From contig CAYLKA010000008.1 of the NCBI GenBank assembly GCA_964384125.1, positions 2,999 through 58,066 of the forward strand: DNA of 55,068 nucleotides, in the 5' to 3' direction. Position numbers and translations under genes: made by a program. Source of the DNA: an uncultured Gammaproteobacteria bacterium. GTDB lineage: Bacteria; Pseudomonadota; Gammaproteobacteria; Steroidobacterales; Rariloculaceae. The notes beneath the pieces are model-generated. The model was not told where the DNA came from. It was given only the letters and a program-made list of their open reading frames with translations, and did not search any database. Positions 26,860-36,558 of this stretch are shown here, in pieces. Within the stretch, counting starts at the first letter, position 1. Every line of letters starts with the position of its first letter.

Positions 26860-27393
26860 CTAACGCGGTGTCCTCTCCGGGAATCGAACAATGAACCCAT
26901 CCCGGTTCGGCATCTGAACCTGCGGGAGCGTGTCAGCATTCATCACGTCGTCTTCTTCGATGATTCCGTTCAGAGCCAAAAGGTACGCGGTCAGTGCATA
27001 CACTTGATCGTCCGTAAGCGTTCGCGGGGCCAACCAGGGCATCGCTCGACGCGTATAGTCGAATATCGTCGTCGCATAGGGCCAGAAGTTGCCTATAGTC
27101 TTCGCCGTGTCAATGCCGTTGGTGAGCGGCTCTCCCCCGGTAAGCGCGAAGCTGATCCCACCTTCGGCATTAACGCCGTGGCAGGCGGCACACTGCTGTG
27201 CGTAGATCGGGGCACCTTGCTCAGCGGTCCCCCTGCCCGGCGGGAGGCCAGTACCATCCGGAAGTATATCGATATCCCACCCGGCGATATCCTCCTCATC
27301 GATCGGAACGCCCAGATTTGGACGCTGCGCAAAACTGGCACTCCAGAGGAGCGCCAATACCACGAGCAGCAGCGGAGCCCTAGGCGTAGACAT
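26860..27393 (-). CDS. Monoheme cytochrome c, SoxD-like
   Basis: Signal peptide; WDIDILPDGTGLPPG.G, CAACHG, TIGNFWPYATT.FDY.RRAMP, QMPNRDGF. Confidence 0.9.
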   Translation of the reverse strand: MSTPRAPLLLVVLALLWSASFAQRPNLGVPIDEEDIAGWDIDILPDGTGLPPGRGTAEQGAPIYAQQCAACHGVNAEGGISFALTGGEPLTNGIDTAKTIGNFWPYATTIFDYTRRAMPWLAPRTLTDDQVYALTAYLLALNGIIEEDDVMNADTLPQVQMPNRDGFIVRFPERTPR

Positions 27394-28693
27394 GGGTCAC
27401 CTCGCCGTCGGCGTCGACACGCCAGCTCGTTGGCCCGTTGTAATGCTGACTGGGGAAACCGTTGACACTCGGCACGCGTGAAGCCTCACCGCGAGCAGCA
27501 ACGATCTCAGCGCGGGTGGGCTGCACGTGCCCAGCTTCATCCCAAGCCCGACTCTGCAAGACGGCGGGACCCCCGTCCCAGCGCCACGGTGCACGAAAGC
27601 GGGTGAACGCCTTCGGCAACACTGGCTCCTGCAGCGCGGCCGGGGCCCAGGTCTGACCACCATCGGCCGAGACCGAGACCTTGGAGATACGCCCGTTAGC
27701 AGAGTACGCAACACCGGAAATCTCGTAGAACCCCGCACCGTTCATTGTCAAGCCCGGGGAGGGTTGGGTGATGAAAGATTTTACCTCCTGCAGGAAGTAA
27801 AACTGATAGGCCCGCCCATCCGGCAGGATCGGCGCGTAGGTCCTGGCTTCGTAGATACTCATCGCAGGCTGGTTGACAAGTTCGATCCGGCGCAGCCACT
27901 TGACGTTCATATTACCTTCCCAGCCCGGAAGGAGTAGCCGCATCGGATAACCGTTACCTGGCATCAGCCGCTCACCATTCTGGTAAAGCGCGATCATGGC
28001 ATCATCCAGTCCCTTAGAAAGCGGCGCGCTGCGGTGCAGCGCCAGAGAGTCGGCCCCTTCGGCGATAAGCCAGGTCGCACTCGGGTCGATACCAGTCTCT
28101 TCCAGCAATGTGGAGAGCATGACACCGCTGTACTCAGCGCAGGAGACGAGCCCGTGGAGCTGCTGCGCACTCGCATCGAGCGCTTCCGGCGACCACATCG
28201 GTGCACTGTTCCCGCCACACTCGACGAAGGTCATTCGTGACTCTCTGGGGTAGCGCATCAGTGAGTCCATCGTGAAGACCATCGGTTGGCTCACTAGACC
28301 GTGGATGACCAGACGATGCTGATCCGGGTCGATATCGGGCGGACCCGAACGTGAGATGACGAAATGTAGGCCATTCGGCGTAAACGTCCCGTCGAGCAGA
28401 TGGTGCGGTGTGCGCGATTGCTGGGCCCGGGGCTCACCGTTCGGGTTGGTCATCGTCCGTACGACATGAGCCTCGAATCGTGAAGGCGACTCATAGGGCC
28501 CGGTCGGCGTGCCCGGCACCCGGCTCCACGAATCATCGATAAGCGCCTGTGAACGTGCAGAACCGCCCAGCGTATAACCCGTCATGCCCGCAGCGAACGC
28601 TGCGCCTCCCTTGAAAAATGCTCGGCGATCGAACAGCCCGTTCGCAGCCACCAGCCCAAGGTCTTCCCACTTTCGAGAGTCTTCTTTCGGCAT
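27380..28693 (-). CDS. soxC: Sulfite-oxidase-family molybdoenzyme, SoxC-like, Tat-exported
   Basis: DRRAFFK Tat motif; TPNGLHF, ECGGN (Mo-Cys), QNGERL.P.NGYP.RL..PGWEG..NVKWLRRI, KS.IT.P, SRA.DE.G.VQP. Overlaps the cytochrome gene. Substrate may differ from SoxC (see findings). Confidence 0.85.
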   Translation of the reverse strand: MPKEDSRKWEDLGLVAANGLFDRRAFFKGGAAFAAGMTGYTLGGSARSQALIDDSWSRVPGTPTGPYESPSRFEAHVVRTMTNPNGEPRAQQSRTPHHLLDGTFTPNGLHFVISRSGPPDIDPDQHRLVIHGLVSQPMVFTMDSLMRYPRESRMTFVECGGNSAPMWSPEALDASAQQLHGLVSCAEYSGVMLSTLLEETGIDPSATWLIAEGADSLALHRSAPLSKGLDDAMIALYQNGERLMPGNGYPMRLLLPGWEGNMNVKWLRRIELVNQPAMSIYEARTYAPILPDGRAYQFYFLQEVKSFITQPSPGLTMNGAGFYEISGVAYSANGRISKVSVSADGGQTWAPAALQEPVLPKAFTRFRAPWRWDGGPAVLQSRAWDEAGHVQPTRAEIVAARGEASRVPSVNGFPSQHYNGPTSWRVDADGEVTHVYA

Positions 28694-28726
28694 GACGCCC
28701 CCCGTCCTTCGGCAATCTGGAGAAGC

Positions 28727-28811
28727 GCCACCGAGCGCCTGGAGTTCTTGCCTGTGCGGCCCCCACTTCTTAGCGATGGGTTTAGCTACTGGTCCGCAGG
28801 CGCCCGGTGAC
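28727..28811 (-). ncRNA. Candidate structured RNA (element A) in the soxC-like 5' leader, homologous to element B
   Basis: 15-bp stem GUCACCGGGCGCCUG/CAGGCGCUCGGUGGC (2 G-U); preceded by TTGCTA-19nt-TATCTT. Confidence 0.55.
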
Positions 28812-29009
28812 AGGTCGAAGATACACCTAAAATGGGCCGATTTAGCAAAAAAACCTGAAAACCTGTAAAAATTTTCAGAATCTCTCTCCGATCATGGGGT
28901 CAGCTAGGCTGGGAATATTCCATCTGCCTGCGCTAAATGGGAGGATATCGAGCGAGCGTCACCCCGCCGCCGAACGGGAATTATTGCTACCGAGTAAGGA
29001 CTAATTTGG

Positions 29010-30440
29010 ATGAGAGAGTTCTTGAAGTTTTACGTGAACGGACGTTGGGTCGACCCAGAGACGCCCAGCCAATTGGATGTCATCAATCCGGCAACGGAGA
29101 AACCCTGCGGCAGCATCAGCCTTGGCAACGCCAAAGACGTCGACAAGGCGGTCGCCGCGGCCAAGGCTGCCTCGGGCAGCTTTGCAGCTAGCTCCCGAAA
29201 GGACCGCCTCGGGTTATTGCAGGCCATCCTGGACGGCCTTTCGTCACGCGCCGATGAGATCGCGACCGCGATCATGGAAGAGATGGGTGCGCCATATCAG
29301 CTGGCGCAAGCTGCGCACGTCCCCGCAGGGACTCGACATTTTCGAACCGCGTTGGAGGTACTGGAGACTTTCGAGTTCGAAGAACGCCAGAGCACAACGC
29401 TCGTTGTCAAAGAACCGATTGGACCCTGTGCGCTAATTACGCCTTGGAATTGGCCACTTAATCAGGTGGCCGTCAAAGTCGCGCCCGCCCTGGCGGCGGG
29501 CTGCACCATGGTCTTAAAGCCCAGCGAGATAGCGCCGTTCGACTCGATGATTCTCGCAGAAATTATCGACGCTGCCGGCGCACCGGCCGGCGTCTTCAAC
29601 CTCGTCAACGGTGAGGGGCCCACGGTAGGTTCGGCCATGGCATCTCACCCCGATGTCTCCATGGTCTCGTTCACCGGCTCCACGCGCGCCGGTGTCGACG
29701 TTGCCGAGAGGGCAGCACCCTCAGTAAAGCGCGTCGCCCAGGAACTCGGGGGTAAGTCCGCTAACATCATTCTCGACGATGCCAATCTTGAGAAAGCTGT
29801 GGGCCGTGGCACCTCGAGCTGCTTCAACAACTCCGGTCAATCCTGCAATGCACCAACACGAATGCTCGTGCCCAAACATCTCCTTAAGGATGCGGTTGAA
29901 ATTGCAGTTGCCAGAGCAAAAACCACTATCGAAGGCGACCCACGGGACGAAAACACGACAATTGGGCCAGTCGTCTCCGAAACACAGTGGCGGAAGGTTC
30001 AAGAACTAATCGAGAAAGGCATCAGCGAGGGCGCAACTTTAGCGGCAGGCGGGCCGGGACGTCCTGATGGCCTTGATAAGGGCTATTACGTGCGACCAAC
30101 CATTTTTTCCGATGTAACAAACGAAATGACAATTGCGCGCGAAGAAATATTCGGTCCGGTCCTATCGATGATTCCCTATGAGGATGAAGACGATGCCGTC
30201 CGCATTGCGAACGACACCCTATACGGGTTGTCCAGCTATATCAGTTCCGAGGATCTCGACCGAGCACGCCGTATTGCCGCACGGCTGCGAACGGGGATGG
30301 TACACATTAACAATGCGCCACTTAATCCCCGAGCACCCTTCGGCGGCTACAAACAGTCCGGAAACGGTCGGGAATGGGGTACGTTTGGCATGGAGGAGTT
30401 TCTCGAAGTTAAGTCCATCTATGGCTTCGAGGAACGGTAA
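29010..30440 (+). CDS. NAD(P)-dependent aldehyde dehydrogenase
   Basis: ITPWNWP, LKPSE, SFTGST, ELGGKS, NSGQSC (catalytic Cys), EEIFGP, PFGGYKQSGNGRE. Confidence 0.95.
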   Translation: MREFLKFYVNGRWVDPETPSQLDVINPATEKPCGSISLGNAKDVDKAVAAAKAASGSFAASSRKDRLGLLQAILDGLSSRADEIATAIMEEMGAPYQLAQAAHVPAGTRHFRTALEVLETFEFEERQSTTLVVKEPIGPCALITPWNWPLNQVAVKVAPALAAGCTMVLKPSEIAPFDSMILAEIIDAAGAPAGVFNLVNGEGPTVGSAMASHPDVSMVSFTGSTRAGVDVAERAAPSVKRVAQELGGKSANIILDDANLEKAVGRGTSSCFNNSGQSCNAPTRMLVPKHLLKDAVEIAVARAKTTIEGDPRDENTTIGPVVSETQWRKVQELIEKGISEGATLAAGGPGRPDGLDKGYYVRPTIFSDVTNEMTIAREEIFGPVLSMIPYEDEDDAVRIANDTLYGLSSYISSEDLDRARRIAARLRTGMVHINNAPLNPRAPFGGYKQSGNGREWGTFGMEEFLEVKSIYGFEER

Positions 30441-30584
30441 GCGAACCAATCAACGGGCCTCGACACTGTCAACCGACCGGCCAAACCAGCCTAATCTAAC
30501 CGCCGACCGAAACGTAACTCACGTGGGAGGAGGCTACGAGAGTTTATTGCTCTTGCCCTTCGGCGCTTCGGGCGAATAACCCCG

Positions 30585-32888
30585 TCAACTGACGGTTTCG
30601 AGCGCTGAACGGATTCGCTCGGGCGTGAACGGCACCCGCCTGATGCGTAACCCCGTTGCGTCAAAAATCGCGTTCGCGATCGCCGGAGTCACCGTCCGCG
30701 TAGAAGGCTCGCCCGCACCATAGACGGGTAGCTCCGGCCGGTTGATGATCACGACGTCAATCTCTTCCGGCGCAAGATCCATCTCCAATATCGGGTAACT
30801 CACCCAGTCGACGCTGGTGACGTGCTCTGGAGAGAATCTGACTTCCTCGTGCAGTGTTCGACTCGTCGCGTGAATGATATTTCCCTCGAGGGTCCGTTCG
30901 AGCCACAGAGGATTGACTACCAACCCCTGGTCGGCCGCAACGACGAACTTCCGTGGCCACACACGACCCGTATCGAGGTTCACTTCAACCTCGGCGATGA
31001 CCGCTACGACGGAGTCGCCCCGACGGGTATAGGCCACGCCACGACCCGTGACGAGACCGCCGGCGGGAATAGAAACGGGCCCCGAAACTCTAGGCTCCCA
31101 ACCGTAACGTTCCGCTGCCGCCCTCAACACGTCAACATCGCGCACTTCTTTGAGGTACTGCAACCTGAATTCCACCGGATCGGCGGCCACAGCGGTCGCC
31201 ATCTCATCGATGAAGGACTCACTAGCGAAATGATTCTGCGGCCCGAGCGGATCACGAAGGTGTGCCGTTCGAAGCGGAGATGCTTTCTCTAGTAGAGGCG
31301 CAATCGTCTGCCAATAGCGAACCTTGTGCGGGAATTCGTAACGATCGCCCGGATTGTTTAACCGATGTACGCTGGCGTTTGGCCACCCCGTCAGCATACC
31401 GGCGAGTGTGTGACTGGGGTCGCTCTCATTGCTCTCCGTATCACCGGCAGAAAAAGCCTTCATCCGAAACTCGTAGCCCACCACGTTGCCCTCGGAGTCG
31501 AATCCTGCGCGGACGTAGTGCACCGAGGCGGGTCCTTTCGGGTCCCATGCGGTCCCCTCGTCACGCATCCCCTGCACGCGAACCGGTCGCCCCACTGCAC
31601 GGGACATCAACGCGGCATCCATCGCGGCATCTCCAGCATCACTGCGACCATAGCTACCCGGGCCGAGCACCCAGATTCCCCTGACGTTCTCGACGGGCAG
31701 GTCCAAGAGCTTCGCTACGCCTTCCGCGGCATAGTGGGGCTTCTGGGAACCGGTCCAGAGCGTAGCGCTATCACCTCGGTAGTCACATACAGCGCAGGCG
31801 GGAGCCATACACCCGTGTGACTGGAACGGGAATTCGTACTCCGCTTCGATGACCCGATCCGCCGCCGCCAAGGCAGACTCAACGGACGCTTTGTCCGGTG
31901 CGACGTCAGGGGCTCGGCCTCCTCCCGCGCTCTCACGGACGACAGGCGCGCGGCGAATATAGCTGTAAAGCTCGTCCATCTCCGGAAACGGCGGCTCAAC
32001 TTCTGACCAAGTCACCTCAAGCTGACGTGCCGCTCGGATCGCGTCCCACTCACGCTCCGCCACCACTCCAAGGAAATCGCCCTCGTGCACAACGCTCGCA
32101 CCCAGGATCGAGCGGATCGAGTCTTCGTTTACCGCCATGGGGACACTACCAGCCACTGGAGGACGCACGACGCGCCCGTGCACCATATCGGGCACTTTCA
32201 CATCGCCGATATATTGATGGGTGCCCATCACGATACCCGGCAGGTCACGCCGTAAAGCCGGCTGCCCGACGACCTGATACTCAGATGGATGCTTCGGGTT
32301 CGCAATGCCCTCTGCGCGAAGGGCGTTGCCGTAGCGCCCGTTCCACTCGAGCCTTATATCGAAGTGGCGTCCTCCGATGAGTTCCCCGTAGCCAAGCTGG
32401 CGGATCGGGTCTCGCCCAACGACAACCGCACCATTCTCCGTTACAAGCTGTGCGACGGGGACCTCAAGCTTCTCTGCCGCGAGATCCATGAGTACGCGTC
32501 GGGCCTCAGCCGCTGCGTTGCGCAAGGGAATCCCACCCTCCTCCAAACCGCTACTGCCGCTCGCACCGCCTTGATTCACGGTCAGTGCCGTATCGCCCAT
32601 AACGACCTCAACGTGATCGAGCGGCACGTCCAACTCGTCGGCGACAATCTGAGCAATCGAGATGTCGACGCCCTGGCCCATATCCATCTTGCCGAAAAAG
32701 GCCGTAACGGCGCCTTCCTCGCTGATCTTTAGATAGGTGTCCAACTGGCCTGGAGAGAGCTGCCGCCAAAGAGGTTGATCCGCGGCAGCCGCTTGGGAAA
32801 CGAACCCCGGAACCGAGCCGGAAACAACGAGAGCACCGGCACCCTTCAAGACGCTCCGCCTCTGGACGCGAGTCTCTAGCCACTTCAT
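30585..32888 (-). CDS. Xanthine-oxidase-family molybdopterin subunit (IorB/NicB-like), Tat-exported
   Basis: RRSVLK Tat motif; GKMDMGQG, HGCMAP, GSYGR, LRDP...NHFASESFIDE, GAGEP, NAIFDATGLRIR. Confidence 0.9.
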   Translation of the reverse strand: MKWLETRVQRRSVLKGAGALVVSGSVPGFVSQAAAADQPLWRQLSPGQLDTYLKISEEGAVTAFFGKMDMGQGVDISIAQIVADELDVPLDHVEVVMGDTALTVNQGGASGSSGLEEGGIPLRNAAAEARRVLMDLAAEKLEVPVAQLVTENGAVVVGRDPIRQLGYGELIGGRHFDIRLEWNGRYGNALRAEGIANPKHPSEYQVVGQPALRRDLPGIVMGTHQYIGDVKVPDMVHGRVVRPPVAGSVPMAVNEDSIRSILGASVVHEGDFLGVVAEREWDAIRAARQLEVTWSEVEPPFPEMDELYSYIRRAPVVRESAGGGRAPDVAPDKASVESALAAADRVIEAEYEFPFQSHGCMAPACAVCDYRGDSATLWTGSQKPHYAAEGVAKLLDLPVENVRGIWVLGPGSYGRSDAGDAAMDAALMSRAVGRPVRVQGMRDEGTAWDPKGPASVHYVRAGFDSEGNVVGYEFRMKAFSAGDTESNESDPSHTLAGMLTGWPNASVHRLNNPGDRYEFPHKVRYWQTIAPLLEKASPLRTAHLRDPLGPQNHFASESFIDEMATAVAADPVEFRLQYLKEVRDVDVLRAAAERYGWEPRVSGPVSIPAGGLVTGRGVAYTRRGDSVVAVIAEVEVNLDTGRVWPRKFVVAADQGLVVNPLWLERTLEGNIIHATSRTLHEEVRFSPEHVTSVDWVSYPILEMDLAPEEIDVVIINRPELPVYGAGEPSTRTVTPAIANAIFDATGLRIRRVPFTPERIRSALETVS

Positions 32889-32891
32889 TGC

Positions 32892-33365
32892 CTAGACCTC
32901 CCGTGCTTGAATTTGCTCCGCGGCACGTTTAACCGCGCGTAGGATGGCCGAATGAGCACCGCAGCGACACTTTAGTCCCGCAAACTCCTGACGAATCGCC
33001 TCATCCGTTGGAGTCGGGTCGCGTTCCAGCAAAGCGACCGAGTACATAATCCACCCGTTCACGCAGTAGCCGCAGAACGGCACTTGCTCGTCGATAAATG
33101 CTTGCTGCACAGGATGGGGCTTATCGGCAGTGCTAATCCCGTTCAGGGTCTGTAATTCACCAGTGGCAGCGGCAACCGGCACCACACAGGCTCGGATCGG
33201 CTGTCCGTCCATGAGAACAGTACACGCGCCGCACTGCGCCAAACCACAACCGAAACGCGGATTATTCAGCCCAAGCTCGTCGCGCAAGGCGTACAACAAA
33301 GGCATGTCCGGTTCGACGTCGATGCTGTGTGTATGGCCGTCTACCGACAGGTTCACCAAAGCCAT
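32892..33365 (-). CDS. 2x[2Fe-2S] small subunit of the Mo-hydroxylase (IorA/NicA-like)
   Basis: GCGLAQCGAC..C and CGYC..CRC motifs; 3 bp from the large subunit. Confidence 0.93.
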   Translation of the reverse strand: MALVNLSVDGHTHSIDVEPDMPLLYALRDELGLNNPRFGCGLAQCGACTVLMDGQPIRACVVPVAAATGELQTLNGISTADKPHPVQQAFIDEQVPFCGYCVNGWIMYSVALLERDPTPTDEAIRQEFAGLKCRCGAHSAILRAVKRAAEQIQAREV

Positions 33366-33605
33366 AGTGAAATTCCTCTGATCCGAGCGAAATCTCGATT
33401 AGCCTAGCACACCCGCCAACTGTCCGATTTAAGCGCTTTCCCACGCCGACGTCGCACTGTGTTGCACCAAGTTTAGGGGAACAACTTTCAGTCAAATCAA
33501 TAGAATAGAAAAGATCAGCTTGCCACCCTCCACGCTCGTCTGGACACCAAGTATCATGGCGGCGGCAGGACAACCGTTCCAACCAATCCTTTAGGGGGAA
33601 TAACA

Positions 33606-34166
33606 ATGAAATTCGCATCCGCAGCGACGTTAATGGCGTTGCTCCTAGTCGGCCAACAGGCCACTGCTCAGATGTCCCTTTTCGACGGCTCGAACCTCGA
33701 TAGTTTCAATCAACTCGGGGACACGAATTGGACCGTCTCGGGCAACATCGTGGAAGGAACCGGCGACAGCGGCCACCTGATCACTAAAAGCTCCTATTCC
33801 GACTTCGTGTTGACGTTAGAATTCTGGGTCGACGATCCAGCCAACAGCGGAATCTTCATTCGCTGTCAGGACCCCGAAATGGTCTCGCCGAACAACTGCT
33901 ACGAGGTGAACATCTATGACCAACGCGCGGACCAAACCTATCGCACAGGTGGGATCGTCTACTTCGCAGCACCGGCCGCGCAGATCGACACTGGAGGCCA
34001 ATGGAATACCTACGAGATCAGGGCCGAGGGCGACCGCATCATGGTCACACTAAACGGCACGGTAACCGTTGATTTCGAGGATGACACCTATTCGGACGGC
34101 CCACTCACACTGCAATATGGCAACGGAATCGTGCGGTTCCGGAACGTACAGATCCAGAGGCTCTGA
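33606..34166 (+). CDS. DUF1080 (3-keto-disaccharide hydrolase family) secreted protein
   Basis: Signal peptide; SLFDG, DF.L.LEF....NSGIFIR, YEVNI.D, GQWNTYEI, G.L.LQ...VRFRNVQI. Confidence 0.85.
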   Translation: MKFASAATLMALLLVGQQATAQMSLFDGSNLDSFNQLGDTNWTVSGNIVEGTGDSGHLITKSSYSDFVLTLEFWVDDPANSGIFIRCQDPEMVSPNNCYEVNIYDQRADQTYRTGGIVYFAAPAAQIDTGGQWNTYEIRAEGDRIMVTLNGTVTVDFEDDTYSDGPLTLQYGNGIVRFRNVQIQRL

Positions 34167-34173
34167 TACCGAC

Positions 34174-35466
<1,293 letters not shown>

Positions 35467-35470
35467 TCAG

Positions 35471-35848
35471 TCATGAACCTAAGACTCGCTCGACGCGCTG
35501 GCACCATCCGGCTAGAACCAGCAATGACAAGCAAAGCCCGAGCAGGATTCCGGTCGCGTTTGCGACGAGATCTAGTAGATCGAATTGTCGATAGGGCAGC
35601 TCCGCCTGGATGAATTCCAGGACGATCCCGAACAGAATTAACGTGAGCGCGATTGCCGCCTGTCGACGCCTCGCGTACATACCGGAGAACCACACCATCA
35701 ACACGAAATACGAGAGCATGTGCACGACCTTGTCAGCGGCATCGTATTCGCTGACCACCACGCCAGGAATCACGCTGCCCGTCGCTACTAATAGCAGGAG
35801 CGCCCAGCCGAGTAGCATCCACAACAAGGGATGTCGTAGAGATATCAC
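35471..35848 (-). CDS. VanZ-family membrane protein
   Basis: DKVVH...Y, G..LEFIQ..LPYR.F...DLVAN..G. Confidence 0.85.
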   Translation of the reverse strand: MISLRHPLLWMLLGWALLLLVATGSVIPGVVVSEYDAADKVVHMLSYFVLMVWFSGMYARRRQAAIALTLILFGIVLEFIQAELPYRQFDLLDLVANATGILLGLCLSLLVLAGWCQRVERVLGS

Positions 35849-35853
35849 CGGAT

Positions 35854-36558
35854 CTACCTCGTCACCACAGCCGGCTGTCCGATTACGTCAACGTTTTCGG
35901 GCGGGGAAAACTGGAACGAGTCGTTCGAAATTTCGGGGTTGACCTCAACCTCACGGAATTCAATCTCGGTTAACTGATCCAGCCCGTCAAGCAGCTCTAG
36001 GCTATCAAGCAAACCCGCCCTGAAGCCGATGAGCACGTTGCTAAAATCAGTACCCTCAAGCCCAGGGGCAAGCCTGACCCACTCGATCCCTTCCGCGGTA
36101 AAACTCTCCATAACATCAAACCCATCTCGCACTGCTTCATCCCCGCTAAGCAACATAGCGGGTGTCGCCGCAATAGAGTCATCCAGTGGATGTACAGTCA
36201 CCTGACCCAGCTCCATATCGTATATCCAAAGATTTTCGCCGTCCCCGACAATCAGTTGCTCGAACGGCTCACGGTAATTCCAGAGAAACCTATTGGGACG
36301 CTTTAGCCAAAGCGTCCCAACCGCGGTTTCGATAAGTCGCCCTTCCGAGTTCCACAGTTCCTGCCGAAACTCAGCACGCAAAGTTCGCGTCGTCTCAATG
36401 AACGTATCGAGTGACGCGACTCCGTCGACACCGAATACAGGTGCTTCGCCCTGAGCGCAGACCGAAGAAGACAGAGCGAGCGCCCACAATGGGACGAGAT
36501 AATGACAAAACCTAATTGTCTCCGGCGGGCGGCGGCGCGAGAACTTCCCTGGATCCAT
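35854..36558 (-). CDS. lolA: Outer-membrane lipoprotein carrier LolA
   Basis: [42 protein letters not shown]; immediately after ftsK. Start codon uncertain. Confidence 0.92.
   Translation of the reverse strand: MDPGKFSRRRPPETIRFCHYLVPLWALALSSSVCAQGEAPVFGVDGVASLDTFIETTRTLRAEFRQELWNSEGRLIETAVGTLWLKRPNRFLWNYREPFEQLIVGDGENLWIYDMELGQVTVHPLDDSIAATPAMLLSGDEAVRDGFDVMESFTAEGIEWVRLAPGLEGTDFSNVLIGFRAGLLDSLELLDGLDQLTEIEFREVEVNPEISNDSFQFSPPENVDVIGQPAVVTR

Noticed and set aside
26673-26894. 73-aa plus-strand ORF with a strong GGGGGAG SD
   Set aside because: No recognisable protein features, it overlaps the cytochrome 3' end, and G-U strand asymmetry plus the promoter favour a minus-strand RNA. Not fully excluded.
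26725-27465. 246-aa plus-strand ORF and many similar 60-170 aa overlapping ORFs
   Set aside because: They are antisense or alternate-frame shadows of well-supported genes in GC-rich DNA, with Arg/Pro/Ser-rich composition and no motifs.
26626-28811. Integron attC interpretation of the paired hairpins
   Set aside because: No RYYYAAC/GTTRRRY core sites and no integrase in the window.
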